NCBI RefSeq assembly: GCF_009914755.1
Contig: NC_060934.1
From: the human T2T-CHM13v2.0 reference genome, Homo sapiens
Strand: one strand, 5' to 3'
Length of the DNA: 64,000 bases
Of this stretch, positions 15,065-30,835 are shown piece after piece; position 1 is the first letter of the stretch, and the number at the start of each line of letters is the position of its first letter. The notes below the pieces were generated by a model. The model did not search any database. It saw only the letters and a list, made by a program, of their open reading frames with translations, and had not been told where the DNA came from. Both the position numbers and the translations under genes were made by a program.

Positions 15065-15289
15065 GTCACCACTCTTACTCAACATAGTACTGGAAGTTAT
15101 AGCCACTGCAGTAAGACAACAAAAATTAAATATAGATTGCAATGAAAGAAAACTGTCCTTATTTACAGATGACAAGATGGTCTATGTAGAATATCCCAAG
15201 GAATATTTTTTTAAAAAAGGTTTAGAACTGATAAATGAGTTCAGCAAAAGTCACAGGATGAAAGATCAAAATTAGTTGCTTATCTATAT

Positions 15290-15575
15290 TCAGTTGGCCC
15301 TCCATATCCATGGCTTTTGCATCATGGATTAAACCCACTGTGGATCAGAAATAGAGAAAAAATAATTGTGTCTGTGCTGAACATGTAGACTTTTTTCCTG
15401 TCCTTATTGTCTAAGTAATACAGTATAACAAGTATTTACATAGAATTTACTTTTATTAAGTATTGTCATCTTATATAAGGGACTTAAGCATCTGCAGATT
15501 TTGGTATCCACAAGGGTGGGTTTGGGGAGGGAGGTCCTGGAACCAGTCTCCCACAAATACTGAGGCTTAACTGTA
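15290..15575. mobile_element. MER2/Tigger-type DNA transposon fossil
   Basis: CAGTTGGCCCTCCATATCCATGG start and a complementary-like end (ATACTGAGG...AACTGTA). Confidence 0.65.
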
Positions 15576-15926
15576 CAAATGATGATGTGTGGAAACCAAA
15601 ATTAAAAACAATTTCTTTTTATAACTCACCTGTCAACAATGAATTATTAAATTAAATGTTGGCTTCCTAGTAGAAAATTGTAAGAATAAAAGTAAGCTTT
15701 TCAACTTAAAAGAGACACACTCACTATACTATTTATAGTTGCTCCAAAGAAAACTAAATACTTAGGTATGAATCTAACAAAACATGTACAGGATATATAT
15801 GCTGAAAATTGTAAAATGCTGATGAAAGAAATCGGAGAAGATCTAATTGAGGGACATACCCTGTTTATGGCTTGGTGACTCAACATAGTAAAATTGTTAG
15901 TTCTCCCTATTGATATGCAGGCTTAA

Positions 15927-16332
<406 letters not shown>

Positions 16333-16509
16333 TAAAACAACTTTCAAAAAAAGAATTAAATGATTGGGAATCACTCTTCCCAGTGTAGAGTATCCAATAC
16401 TGTTTAGTATTATGTGGGGATTGAAATATAAATCAATGGAACATAATAGAGGGCCAGAAATAGACCCTCACAAATATGCTCAATTGATTTTTGATAAAGG
16501 TGCAAAACT

Positions 16510-16800
16510 GGCCAGGGGTGGTGGCTCACACCTATAATCCCAGCACTTTGGGAGGCCAAGGCGGGCAGATCACTTGAGCCTAGCATTTCAAGACTACTCT
16601 GGGCAACATGGCAAAGCCCTGTCTCTACAAAAAAATATGAAAATTAGCCAGGCATGGCGGCGCATGCCTGTAGTCCCAGCTATTTGGGAAGCTGAGGTGG
16701 GAGGATCACTTGAGCCCAAGAAGTCGAGGCTGTGGTGAGCTGAGATCGTACCACTGCCCTTCAGCCTCAGCAACAGAGTGAGAGTCTGTTACAAAAAAAA
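16510..16800 (+). mobile_element. Alu (AluJ-like)
   Basis: Sense Alu with GGGAGGATCACTTGAGCCC right arm and a short A tail. Confidence 0.9.
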
Positions 16801-17360
16801 GGAGTGGGGGGGTGGTGCAGAAAGGATAGCACTTTCCAAAAATGGTGCTAGAGCAATTAGATATCCAAATTCTTTCACCTAAACTTCACATCCAACACAA
16901 AAATTAACTCAACATGGGTCATAGATTTAAATGATCTTTTGGATGGAAACTGGAGAAAATCTTTAGCAACTAAGAATTGCAGAAAAGTACTTAAACATGA
17001 CACCAAAAGTACAATCGATAAAATAAAATTAATAAATTTGACTTCATTAAAGATAAAAAATTCTGCCCTCTGACTCAGTTAAGAGGATGAAAATACAAGC
17101 TACAGATGGGAGAATATATTATTTGCAAACCTAGGTATGACAGATGACTCATACCTAGGATATATTAAGAACTCTCAAAACTCAACAGTTAAAAAAAAAT
17201 CAATTTAGAACATGGGCGAGACAGGAGATATTTCACCAAAGAGAATATGCAAACAGCATATGAACATGAAAAGATATTCAACATTACTATCCATTAGGAA
17301 ATTCAAAATAAGACCGTGATGAGATATCGCAGCACACCTATTTGAACAGCTAAAATAAAA

Positions 17361-18853
<1,493 letters not shown>

Positions 18854-19667
18854 TCTGAGAATGCCCAATGCTAGCAAAGATGCAGAGAAACTAGATCTTT
18901 CATACATTGCTAGTGAGAATGTAAAATGTACAGCCACTCTGGAAAACAGTGCCAGTTTCTCAAAAAACTAAACATACACTTACCATACAAGCCAGCAATC
19001 ATACTCCTTAGCATGGTATCCCACAGAAATGGAAACTTATGGATGTATCACCCTTTAACACACAGCTAATATAGGGCATTTTACTTATTTCCAGTTTTGG
19101 GCTTTACGTTAAAGCTGCTATGAACAATTACATACATGAGATTTCTGTGTGAATGTAAGAACATGGAATACACTCATAAAAAAATGTGAACTATTGAAAC
19201 ATCCAACAACTTGGATGAATCTCAAGTGAACTATGACAAGTGGAAAACAAATCAAAAGATTACATACTATAGTATCCAACATATATGACATTCTCAAAAT
19301 AAAATAGAAATGGAGAACATCATGGCTGCCGTGGAATAAGGATGATAGGGAAAAGAGGGGTGACTGTGATGGTAAAGGGTTAGCACAAGGATAATCTTTG
19401 TGGCTAAGGAATAGTTCTCTGTCTTGATTGTAATGGTAGTTACATGAATCTACACATGTGAAGTAGAACTATATGCATACATTGTACCAATGTCAATTCC
19501 TAGTTTTAATATTGTACCATAGCTATGTAAGATGTAACCATTGAGATCATTGGTGAAGGGTACTGGATAACTCTCCACAGTATCTTTGCAACTTTTGGTG
19601 AATCTATAATTTTGTATTTCAATTTTTTTAATTTAATAATTTTTAACCTGCTTGGCAATTTCTAGAG

Positions 19668-20240
19668 TTGTAGTTCTCAAATGTTTTCATCTCAGGATCT
19701 CTAATCTCAAAAATGAAGAACTCAAAGAATATCTGTTTATATAGACTATATTAAAATTTGTATTTATTTTTAAATAGTAATTATTTGCATATACATATAA
19801 ACAGTAGCTTTTATTAAAAACAATCTTGTTTTCAAAAAATCAGTGAAAAGAATGACATTGTATTAAATTTACACAAATCTGTATTAACTTGCTCATGTCT
19901 GCTTCTGCATTATAGTACATATAGTCCAATATAGCATAAAAGCACAGTATAACTACTCAAAACAAACTGAATTATCTTTTAAAAAGCAAATATTTATACC
20001 CTAAACCTAGTACCTTAGGAAATTCTAGAAAACACAAAAATATACTGTCACACATTTGATTAATCATTATATCAATAACAGGTTGTTTAGCCTCTGGAAA
20101 ATACCACAGTGCATTCATGAGAGAATGAGGGTGAAAAAGGCATATATTACCTCCTTGTTACTACAAAAACACTTTGTCCTCCTGGAACCTTTAAAAGGAT
20201 TCTATAGTGTTCTATGAACCATACTCTAAGAATCACTGCC
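19668..20240 (-). mobile_element. Charlie1-like hAT DNA transposon fossil
   Basis: Termini GTAGTTCTCAAA and TAAGAATCACTG. Positionally equivalent to the element at 56460-57020. Confidence 0.65.
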
Positions 20241-20780
20241 CTAGAGTGCAATATGAGTTTTGTTTTAGAAACTGGTGTGCTTTTTTTTTTTAATCTTTAA
20301 TTTGCCCATTCCAGTTAAATTCTTCCTCAGTTTCACATTAGGTTAGCAAAGAACTTTCTAGTACTTTAGTAAGGTTTGTATGAAAGAAAGAAGACAAAAC
20401 TGTTTAAATTGTAGGGTTGCTTGGGGAAGTACTTGGAAAATATACATGTTGACCTTAAAATAAATTCGGCAAGATCAGTTTTGATTTGGAGCTCCATATC
20501 AAAAAGACCCTTTCTAAGGACTTGGTCTTTAAGGAATCATCTTCACTTTTATATTCCCATTTCAATTGTATATTTAGTAAATGTTTAAAGAAATAAGTAT
20601 GTGTTCATGACTGCGGTCATCTGTTGTGGATGTATATTAGAACCTGGAAATACACTGTAAGAAGACAGCACAGTTTATAAAGACACATTTCAGCAATATA
20701 TGTTGGCTGCTTGTTGTATAGTTCAGTTGTTTTGTTAAAATATTAAAGAAAATTGATATATTTTTAAAATGTATTTCCAG

Positions 20781-21015
20781 AATGGAAGAGCAGCCTGTTT
20801 GCTCCTACTTGGAATAGATTCTTTCTAAAAATATGGAACTGATAGAAAAGAAACTTATAGACTACATTGATCAGCGAATATATAAACTCCAGGAGCACAT
20901 TGATGATAAGATTGCTTTGTTGATTGATTTGCTGCAAAATCCCAACTCCCCGCCCAGTAGGCTGCCTCTAAGACATTATGACTCTGGAGAAGGACTTTCA
21001 AATGGAGAAAGATGA
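20781..21015 (+). pseudogene. C10orf88B: C10orf88B exon 6 coding-homologous part; the 3'UTR homolog continues to ~22 kb
   Basis: TTTCCAG acceptor, MEEQPVCSYLE*ILSKNMEL...GLSNGER*. 65 of 77 residues are identical to 55644-55414. AATAAA at 21681-21686. Confidence 0.93.
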
Positions 21016-22004
21016 GCTCTCAACATAAACAGTGTACTGCAGATATTTGTTACATATTTATTACAAAGCCAAAACCCAAAAATATTTATAAAAAGCAAGG
21101 ATTTAATGTCCTTTTAAGGATCATCATCTTACTTACTGAAGTGACCTCAGTGTTCATTATTACTACACTTGTACTGTATACTAAGACTTAACATGATACA
21201 GTATTTTATTTTTGCTAGTAATATTTTTCACTCATAAGTGTATATGTACTTCTGTGTTATATGTTCTAAATGTTTAAGGAGTTCTAATATAATTCATTAG
21301 TTGATATAGTATATGTTTGATTGAAGTACTGTTTTAATTTATATGAAGACCTTATTTTATAGTTTCAGGGATATAAAAGGAATGCTTAGAGTATTTGATT
21401 TTTTTTTCCTAATTGACTCTTAGAAAACTGGGTACTTAACCTGGAACCTTTATTTTAGATCACCAACTTGAATTTTATATTGTTTATTTCAGATAAAAAA
21501 TTAGATGTGATGTTTGGCATGTGTAAAATCAGTTCACATTGGGGCCATTAATTGTACATTCTGTCACATTGTAACAGTAGATAAGAAAGTGATTATCAGA
21601 ACTGGTCTATTCCTTGTTAGGATTGTTACTTTGGATTTAGTGTATGATGTAAAATGGGAGAACTGATCTCATTTTATCTCAATAAACCCAGAAAGTGTAA
21701 GGAAGTCTGTTTTGTTTGTTGTTGGGTTTTTTTAATTTTTTTGAGCTGATGTAGATTCTTCTTTCCAAACCCTTTCCTGACACATTTAAAGTGTGAAATG
21801 CCGAGGCTCCCCACTGAAGGATTAAGGTATATGAATCAAGGAGATTGCAGTTCTCTCTGGCAGACTTCATTTTCAGAGATTGTAACTGTTTTGTGTGTGT
21901 TGAAGAGTGATATATTTGCATCCAAAAAATAAATGCATCCACCCTGGAAACTACTTGTCTGAAATAAATAGAAACATTGTCTTTTTATCTAATATTTGTT
22001 ACGT

Positions 22005-22200
22005 TTTGGGGTTTTTTAGATTCAGGGGGTACATATGCAGGTTTGTTACATGGGTATACTACATGATACTGAGACTGGCTTCTAGTGATCCCATCACCCA
22101 AGTAGTGAACATAGGACCTGATAGGTAGTTTTTTCAACCCTCCCCTCTCTCCCATCCTCCCCCTTTTGGAATCCCTAGTGTTTACTGTTCGCATCTTTGT
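22005..22200 (-). mobile_element. L1 3'-end fragment
   Basis: GGGGTACATATGCAGGTTTGTTACATGGGT antisense L1P 3'UTR. Confidence 0.8.
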
Positions 22201-22332
22201 GAAGATATTTATTTTTGTGTAAAAGGATGTCTTACTCTCATTTAGTATTTTGGTGAATTTACTTCTTTTACATGAGAACTAACATATAATGTTTGTTCAT
22301 TTATGACTCTCACTCGGACCTCAGTGATGTGA

Positions 22333-22584
<252 letters not shown>

Positions 22585-23869
22585 CATCCTAATTTTCTTA
22601 TAACATATGTAGCCATGAGGAAGCAGTTCCTTCAGCATTTGGGAGAAATGTGTCTCAGTTAAGGATGAATGAACTCTTTAGTGTCTGATAGTTGCAGTCT
22701 GTTTTTTGATTCACAAAATGCTCCAATATAATTATAACTAGAACACATAAGCTATATTTTATAAAATAATTAAAATAGTCATGGTTGTAGTACTAAAAAT
22801 AATTCCAATGAGTTTTAATTCCTGATCTTCAATTTCTTGATTTTTACAGGTTAATGAAGACCTAAATTATATTTTATTTATATTAGAAATTCATAGATGT
22901 TGATTTTCTTGTGTTTATATAAGTGCTATACATATTTATATGTAATTGCTTTGCTAAAATTATTAGTCCTAAGAAAACTCTGCCTGAATTTGCTCAACTA
23001 GGCAAAGTAGAGCACAGCACTTAAAAATTTTTATTCAGTCTTTTTTTCTTATAACTTTTCTCTATTTGTGTGTGCCACACCCAATAAGCCAAGTCTGGAT
23101 GCTGGGAAGTTAGGACTGACAAATGCACCTTCAAAAGTGTCAAGGTAACCACTGCAGTTTGAAATGGCTGAAAAGGATGTGTGGGTGATCAAGAAATTAA
23201 ATCAAGACACAGTGTATGATTTTAATTTCTGCATTGCCTCCCCCTTGAGTATGATTCTATCTTCCTCTTCCCCACAAGTGTCATACTGAGGCTTTCACCA
23301 CTGGATTTTCAGTCTACTTGATACAGGGCAGAGATTGAGTTTGCATGCTGCTGCCATATAACTCATCTTAAAGTATGGCTGATAAGATCTGTCCCAACTG
23401 TAGAGACTATAATTTGAGGCTCTTCATCACTGAGCTCCTGCCTGGCTTTCCAGTCTCATCATCATTACCGCATGGCCTGCTGTTTCACTCGCCCTTTTTC
23501 CCCATGTCTCCTTGGGCTCTTGGCTCCAGCAGAGGTGACTCCTCCTCCCCTAATTCCCTACCCTTGTCACACTAAAGCTCAGCTCAGATGCAACTTTCAT
23601 GAGGTAACCGTTGGTCCCTCCCTTCCCCAGTAAGTACATGAGCAAGCAGCTGGACAGATGAAACATGGAGAAACAATACCTAGAGCTCTTTTTGGAGATG
23701 TAAAACAGTTTAAATTGACTGAAGCATAAGATGCACATTGGGCAGCACCTGGGGCAAGGCTTGAAAAGGTTGCCTGGGTCCAGCTTGGGAAAATCTTGAT
23801 GGCTGCACTCTAGAGATTTGCTGGCACCAAGAAGTAAGTGGTTTAAGCAGGAGAGTGACATGGTCAGCT

Positions 23870-26800
23870 CTGGGCCTTGGAAAGAAAACCAGAGTAGAAC
23901 ACTCCCCAGTACCAGCCTGGAGCCCTACCGGGGTTTCATGTTGTGTGGCTAGACCCAGATGAGCAATAACAATCACTCCAGTTCAGCTCTCAGGAAGCCG
24001 CCTCTCTAGGAGAAGGAGGAGAGTACTACCTCAAGGGATCACCCCAGGGGACAAAAGAATCTGAACAGCAGCGCTTGAGCCCCAGATTTTTCCTCTGACA
24101 TAGTCTACCTAAATGAGAAGGAAACAGAAAAACAATTCTGGTAATATGACAAAGCAAGGTTCTTTAACACTCCCAGAAGATCACACTAGCCCACCAGCAA
24201 TGGGTCCAAACCAAGAAGAAATCTGAATTGCCAGAAAAAGAATTCAGAAGGTTGATTATTAAACGACTCAAAGGGGCACCAGAGAAAGGTGAAAACCAAC
24301 TTAAAGAAATTAAAAAATAATAATAATATAGGATATGGACCAAAAAGAATCCCCAAAGAAATAGCATAAATTAAAACAATCATAACTTCTGCAAATGAAA
24401 GACACACTTAGAGAAATGCAAAATACACTGTAAAGTTTCAATAATAAAATCGAACAAGTAGAAGAAAGAACTTCAGAGCTCAAAGAAAAGGCTTTCAAAT
24501 TAACCCAGTTTGACAAAAACAGAGAAGAACGAATTCTTTTAAAAAATGAACAAAACCTCCAAGAAGTTTGGGATTATGTTAAATGACCAAACCTAAGAAT
24601 AATTTGTGCTCCCAAGGAAGAAGAGAAATCTAAAAGTTTGGAAAACTTATTTGAGGGAATAATCAAGAAAAATTTCATTGGCCTTGCTGGAGATCTAGAC
24701 ATCCAAATACAAAAAGCTCAAAGAACACCCAGGAAAGTCATCACGAAAAGACTATCACCTAGGCATATAGTCATCACGTTATCTAAAGTCAAGAAGGAAA
24801 GAAGCTTAAGAGCTACGAGGCAAAAGCATCAGGTAACCTATAAAAGAAAACCCATTAACAGCAGATTTCTCAGCAGAAACCCTGCAAGGGATTGGGGTTC
24901 TACCTTTAGTCTCCTTAAACAAGACAACTATCAGCAAAGAATTTTGTATCCAGCAAAACTAAGCTTCATAAATGAGGGAAAGATAAGGTCTTTTTCAGAC
25001 AAACAAATGCTGAGAGAATTTGCCACTGCCAAGCCAGCACTACAAAAACTGCTAAAAGGAGTTCTAAATCTTGAAACAAAACCTCGAAATGCACCAAAAT
25101 AGAACCTCCTTAAAGCATAAAATCTCACAGGGCCTATAAAGCAATTACACAGTGAAAAAAAAGGTATTCGGGTAACAACTAGCATGATGAATAGACTACT
25201 ACCTCACATCTCAATACTAACATTGAATGTAAATGGCCTAAATGTTCCATGTAAAAGATACAGAATGGCAGAAGGGATGAGAATTCATCAACCAAGTATC
25301 TTATGTCTTCAAGAGACTCACCTAACACATAAGGACTCACATAACCTTGAGGTAAAGGGATGGAGAAAGATGTTCCATGCAAGTGGACACCAAAAGCAAG
25401 CCAGAGTAGCTATTCTTACATCAGACAAAACAGGCTTTAAAGCAACAACAGTTATAAAAGACAAACAGAGACATTATATAATAAAAGGATTAGTCCAACA
25501 GGTAAATATCACAATCCTAAATATATATGTGCCTAACACTGGAAGTCCCAAACTTATAAAACGATTATTACTAGACCTAAAAAATGAGATAGACAGCAAC
25601 ACAATAATAGTAGAAGATTTCAACACCCTACTGACAGCACTAAACAGGTCATCAAGACAGAAAGTCAACAAAGAAACAATGGACTTAAACTATACCCTAG
25701 AACAAATGGACTTAACAGATATTTACAGAACATTCTACCCAACAACTTCAGAATATACATTCTGTTCATCAGCACATGGAACATTCTCCAAGACAGACCA
25801 GATAACAGGCCACAAAACAAGCCTCAATAAATTTAAGAAAATCGAAATTATGTCAAGTACTCTTTCAGACCACAGTGGAATAAAGTTGGAAATCAACTCC
25901 AAAAGGAATCCACAAAACCATGCAAATACATAGAAATTAAATAATCTGCTCCTGAACAATCTTTGGGTCAACAGTGAAATCAGGATGGAAATTTAAAAAT
26001 GCTTTGATCTGAATGATAATAGTGACACAACCTGTCAACACTTCTGGGGTACAGCAAAAGCAGTGCTAAGAGGAAAGTTCATAGCATTAAATGCCTATAT
26101 CAAAAAGTCTGAAAGAGCCCAAATAGACAATCTAAGGCCACACCTCAAGAACTAGAGAAACAAGAACAAATCAAACCCAAATCCAGCAGAAGAAAACAAA
26201 TAACAAAGATCAGAGCAGAATTAAATGAAATTGAAACAAACAAAAAACAATCAAAAAAGGTAAGTGAAACAAAAAGTTGGTTCTTTGAAAACATAAACAA
26301 AATTGATAGACCATTAGCTAGAGTGCCAAGAAAAGAAGAGAGAAGACCCAAGTAAGCTCAAGTAGAAACAAAACGGGATATTACAACAAATACCACAGAA
26401 ATACAAAAGAGCATTCAAGGCTACTATAAACACCTTCATGTGCACGAACTAGAAAACCTAGTGGGGATGGATAAATTCCTAGAAATATACAACCCTCCTA
26501 GATTAAACCAGGAAGAAATAGAAACTCTGAGCAGACCAATAGCAAGTGGTGAGATTGAAATTTTAATTTAAAAATTGCCAACAGAAAAAGGTCCAGGAAC
26601 AGATGGATTCAGAGCTGAATTCTATCAGACATTCAATGAAGAATTGGTACCAATTTTATTGAAACGATTGCAAAAGGTAGAGAGAGAGGGAATCCTCCCT
26701 AAATCATTCTATGAAGCCAGTATCACCCTAATACCAAAACCAGGAAAGAACATAACAGTAAAAGAAAACTACAGACCAATAACCCTGATGAACATAGATG

Positions 26801-29525
26801 CAAAAATATTCAACAAAATACTAGCGAACCAAATCCAACAGCATATCAAACATAATCTACCATGATCAGATGAGTTTCATACCAAGGATGCAGGGATGGT
26901 TTAACATAAAAAGTCAATAAATGTGATACACCACATAAACAGAATTAAAAACAAAATGTAAAATCAAGGTAAATGGCCTAAATGCACCACTTAAAAGATA
27001 CAGAATGGCAGAATGGATAATCACTCACCACGTCGTCTGTTGCAAATCACGTGATCATCTCAATAGATGGAGAAAAAGCATTTGACAAAAATCCAGCATC
27101 CCTTTATGATTAAAACCCTCAGCAAAATTGGCATAGAAGGGAAACACCTTAAGGTAGTAAAAGCCATCTATGACAAACCCACAGCCAACATTATACTGAA
27201 CGGGGAAAAGTTGAAAGTATTCCCTTTGAGAACTGGAACAAGACAAGGATGCCTACTTTCACCACTTTTATTCAACATAGTACTGGAAGTCCTAGCCAGA
27301 GCAAGCAGACAAGAGAAATAAATTAAGGGCATACTAACCGGTAAAGAGGAAGTCAAACTGTTGTTGTGTGCTGATGATATGATTGCATACCTAGAAAACC
27401 CTAAAGATTCATCCAAAAAGCTCCTATATCAGATAAATGAATTAATAAAGTTTCAGGATACAAAATCAATGTACACAAATTAGTAACACTGCTATACACC
27501 AACAGTGGCCAAGCCAAAAATGAAATCAAGAACTCGACACCTTTTACAATAGCTGGAAATATATATATGTGTGTGTGTGTGTATATATATATATACACAC
27601 ACATATATATATACACGTATATATATATACGTATATATACACATATATATGTACATATATACACACGTGTATATATATACGTATATATACGCATATATGT
27701 GTATATATATACGTGTGTATATATATGTGTATATATATGTATATATATACGTATATATATACACACACACACGCACACACACACACACATACATACACAC
27801 ATACTTAGGAATATACATGACCAAGAAAGTGAAAGACCTCTACAAGGAAAACTACAAAACACTGCTGAAAGAAATAATAAACAACATAAACAAATGGAAA
27901 CCCATTCCATGCTCATAGATGGGTAGAATCAATATTGTGTAAATGACCATACTGCCAAAAGCAGTCTACAAATTTAATGCAATTCCCATCAAAATACCAT
28001 CACCATTCTTCACAGAATTAGCAAAAACAATCCTAAAATTAATAAGGAACCAAAAAAAGAGCCCACATAGCCAAAGCAAGACTAAGCAAAAAGAACAAAT
28101 CTGGAGGCATCACATTACCCAACTTCAAACTTCTATAAAGCCATAGTCACCAAAATATGGTACTGGTATAATATGATACTGGTACAAAAATAGTCACATA
28201 AACCAATGGAACAGAATAGAGAACCCAGAAATAAAGCCAAATACTTATAGCCAACTCATCTTCAACAAAGCAAACAAAAATTTCAAGTGGGGAAAGGACA
28301 CCCTATTCAACAAATGATGCTGGGATCATTGGCAAGCCACATGTAGAAGAATGAGACTGAATTCTTATCTCTCACTCTATATAAAAATCAACTAATCAAC
28401 TCAAGATGGATCAAAAACTTTAAGATTTGAAACCATAAAAATTCTAGAAGATAATATCGGAAAAACCCTTCTAGACATTGGCTTAGGCAAAGACTTCAAG
28501 ACCAAGAACCCAAAAGCAAATGTAACAAAAACAAAGATAAATAGAATAGGACTTAAACTAAAAAGTTGCTGCATAGCAAAAGAAATTATCAGCAGAGTAA
28601 ACACGCAACCCACAGCGTGGGAAAAAGTATTTGCAAACTATGCATCCATCAAAGCACTAATATCCAGAATCTACAAGGAACTGAAACAAAAGAAAAAAAA
28701 CATAATCCCATCAAAAAGTGGGCTAGGGACATGAACAGACAATTCTCAAAAGAAGATATACAAATGGCCAACAAACATATGAAAAAATGCTCAACATCAC
28801 TAATTATCAGGGAAATGCAAATCAAAATCACAATGTGATTACACCTTACTCCTACAAGAATGACCATAATGAAAAAATTGAAAAATAATAGATGTTGGCA
28901 TGGATGTGGTGAAAAGGGGAATGCTTCTACCCTGCTGGTGGGATGGAAAACAGTATAGAGATTCCTTAAATAATGAAAAGCAGATCCACCATTTGATCCA
29001 GCAATCCCACTACTAGGTATCTACCCAGAGGAATATATGAAAAAGATACTTGCACATGCATGTTTACAGTACCCAGTTCACAATTGCAAAAATATGGAAT
29101 GAGCCCAAATGCCCTTCAGTCAACGAGTGGATAAAGAAAATGTGGTTTATTCATACTACTCACCCATAAAAAGGAACGAAATAATGGCATTGGCAGCAAC
29201 CTGGATGGAGGTGGAGACCATAATTCTTAGTGAAGTAACCCAGGAATGGAAAACCAAACATCTTATATTCTCACTTATAAGTGGGAGCTAAGCCATGAGG
29301 GCACCAAGGCATAAGAATGATACAATGGAGTTTGGGGACGCAGGGAGAAGGGTGGTAGGGGGATGAGGGATAAAAGACTACACATTGGGTACAGTGTACA
29401 CTACTTGGGTGATGGCTGCACCAAAATCTCAGAAATCACCACTAAAGAACTTACCCATGTAACCAAACACCACCTGTTCCCCAAAAACCTATTGAGAAAA
29501 ATTAAAATACTTTGTTAATAAAAAG
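23870..29525 (+). mobile_element. Near full-length decayed LINE-1 (L1PB-like)
   Basis: ORF1 remnants to 25102, ORF2 endonuclease at 25184-25933 (ISILTLNVNGLN...CLQETH...SDH), RT and C-terminal remnants to 29291, L1PB-type 3'UTR and A-rich tail. Many stops. 5' boundary approximate. Confidence 0.9.
27559..27803. repeat. Compound (TA)n/(CA)n/(TG)n microsatellite inside L1 ORF2
   Basis: About 245 nt of alternating purine-pyrimidine sequence. Confidence 0.97.
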
Positions 29526-29559
29526 ATAAACCATGTGATGAAAACTTTCAGAAATTATT

Positions 29560-29928
29560 TTTTAATTTTATTTTATTATTATTATACTTTAAGTTTTAGG
29601 GTACATGTGCACAATGTGCAGGTTAGTTACATATGTATACATGTGCCATGCTGGTGTGCTGCACCCATTAACTCGTCATTTAGCATTAGGTGTATCTCCT
29701 AATGCTATCCCTCCCCCCTCCCCCCACCTCACAACAGTCCCCAGAGTGTGATGTTCCCCTTCCTGTGTCCATGTGTTCTCATTGTTCAATTCCCACCTAT
29801 GAGTGAGAATATGCGGTGTTTGGTTTTTTGTTCTTGCGATAGTTTACTGAGAATGATGATTTCCAATTTCATCCATGTCCCTACAAAGGACATGAACTCA
29901 TCATTTTTTAAAAATAAAAAATAATAAA
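29560..29928 (-). mobile_element. Young L1PA 3'-end insertion
   Basis: Antisense L1PA 3'UTR (TTATACTTTAAGTTTTAGGGTACATGTGCAC...). Flanks AAAACTTT(C/G)AGAAATTATT at 29541-29559 and 29929-29947. Confidence 0.9.
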
Positions 29929-30312
29929 AAAACTTTGAGAAATTATTAAAAAAATAAACGTTAAAGGAAAAAAAAAACAGACTGGAGCTCTCCTCATGAA
30001 CCCACTTGCAGAAGTTATTGGTCATAATGGAATGTAGGTGCTGTGAATGCAGAACCCTGTACATGTAGCCTCTGACCAACTGCCTGACAGCCTTAAATTT
30101 CAGAAATGAGGCCAGAGACTCCCAGCACGCACTCCCCAGACAGTCTTCTTTGTCAGAATCACCTGGGGGACTTGTTAAACATGAAGGTTCCACAGCCCTA
30201 ACCCAGATCTAAGGAATCAGAGCAGAATGAGGTGTGGTCCCTGAAGAACCATTGCAGGAGATTCCAGGGCTATTATTCAACAGGCTGAACATGGAGTCCC
30301 TGTTTTGGGCTC

Positions 30313-30835
30313 TGTGATGGTTAATATTGAGTGTCAACTTGATTCGATTAAAGGATGCAAAATATTGTTCCTGGGCATGTCTGTGAAGGTGTTGCCAAAA
30401 GAGATTAACAGTTGAGTCAGTGGACTGGGAGAAGCAGACCTACCCTCAATCTGGGTGTGCACCATGTAATCAGCTGCCATAGCATCCAGAATAAAAGCAG
30501 GCAGAGGAACTTGGAAGGACTAGACTGGCTGAGTCTTCCAGCCTACATCTTTTTCCTGTGTGGGATGCTTTCTGCCTTCCAACATCATACTCCAAGTTCT
30601 TCAGATTTTGGACTCTTGGACCTTCGATACAGACTGGAGTCTGAAGTCTGCACTATTGGCTTCCCTACATTTGAGGTTTTGGGACTCAGACTGGCTTCCT
30701 GGCTTCTCACCTTGCAGATCGCCTATTGTGGGACTTCACCTGGTGATTGTGTGAGTCAATTCTCCTAATGAACTCCCCTTTATGTATTCATCTATCCTAT
30801 TAGTTCTGTCCTGTTAGAGAACCCTGACCAACACA
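30313..30835 (+). mobile_element. MLT2A-type (HERV-L) solo LTR
   Basis: TGTGATGGTTAATATTGAGTGTCAACTTGATT start, GAGAACCCTGACCAACACA end, 5-bp duplication GGCTC. Confidence 0.9.

Noticed and set aside
27401-27926. Y/I/V/C/H/T-rich ORFs
   Set aside because: Translations of a dinucleotide microsatellite.
24638-29291. L1 ORF1/ORF2 fragments as active genes
   Set aside because: Multiple stops and frameshifts; not retrotransposition competent. The same applies to 41541-44016 and 48438-50049.
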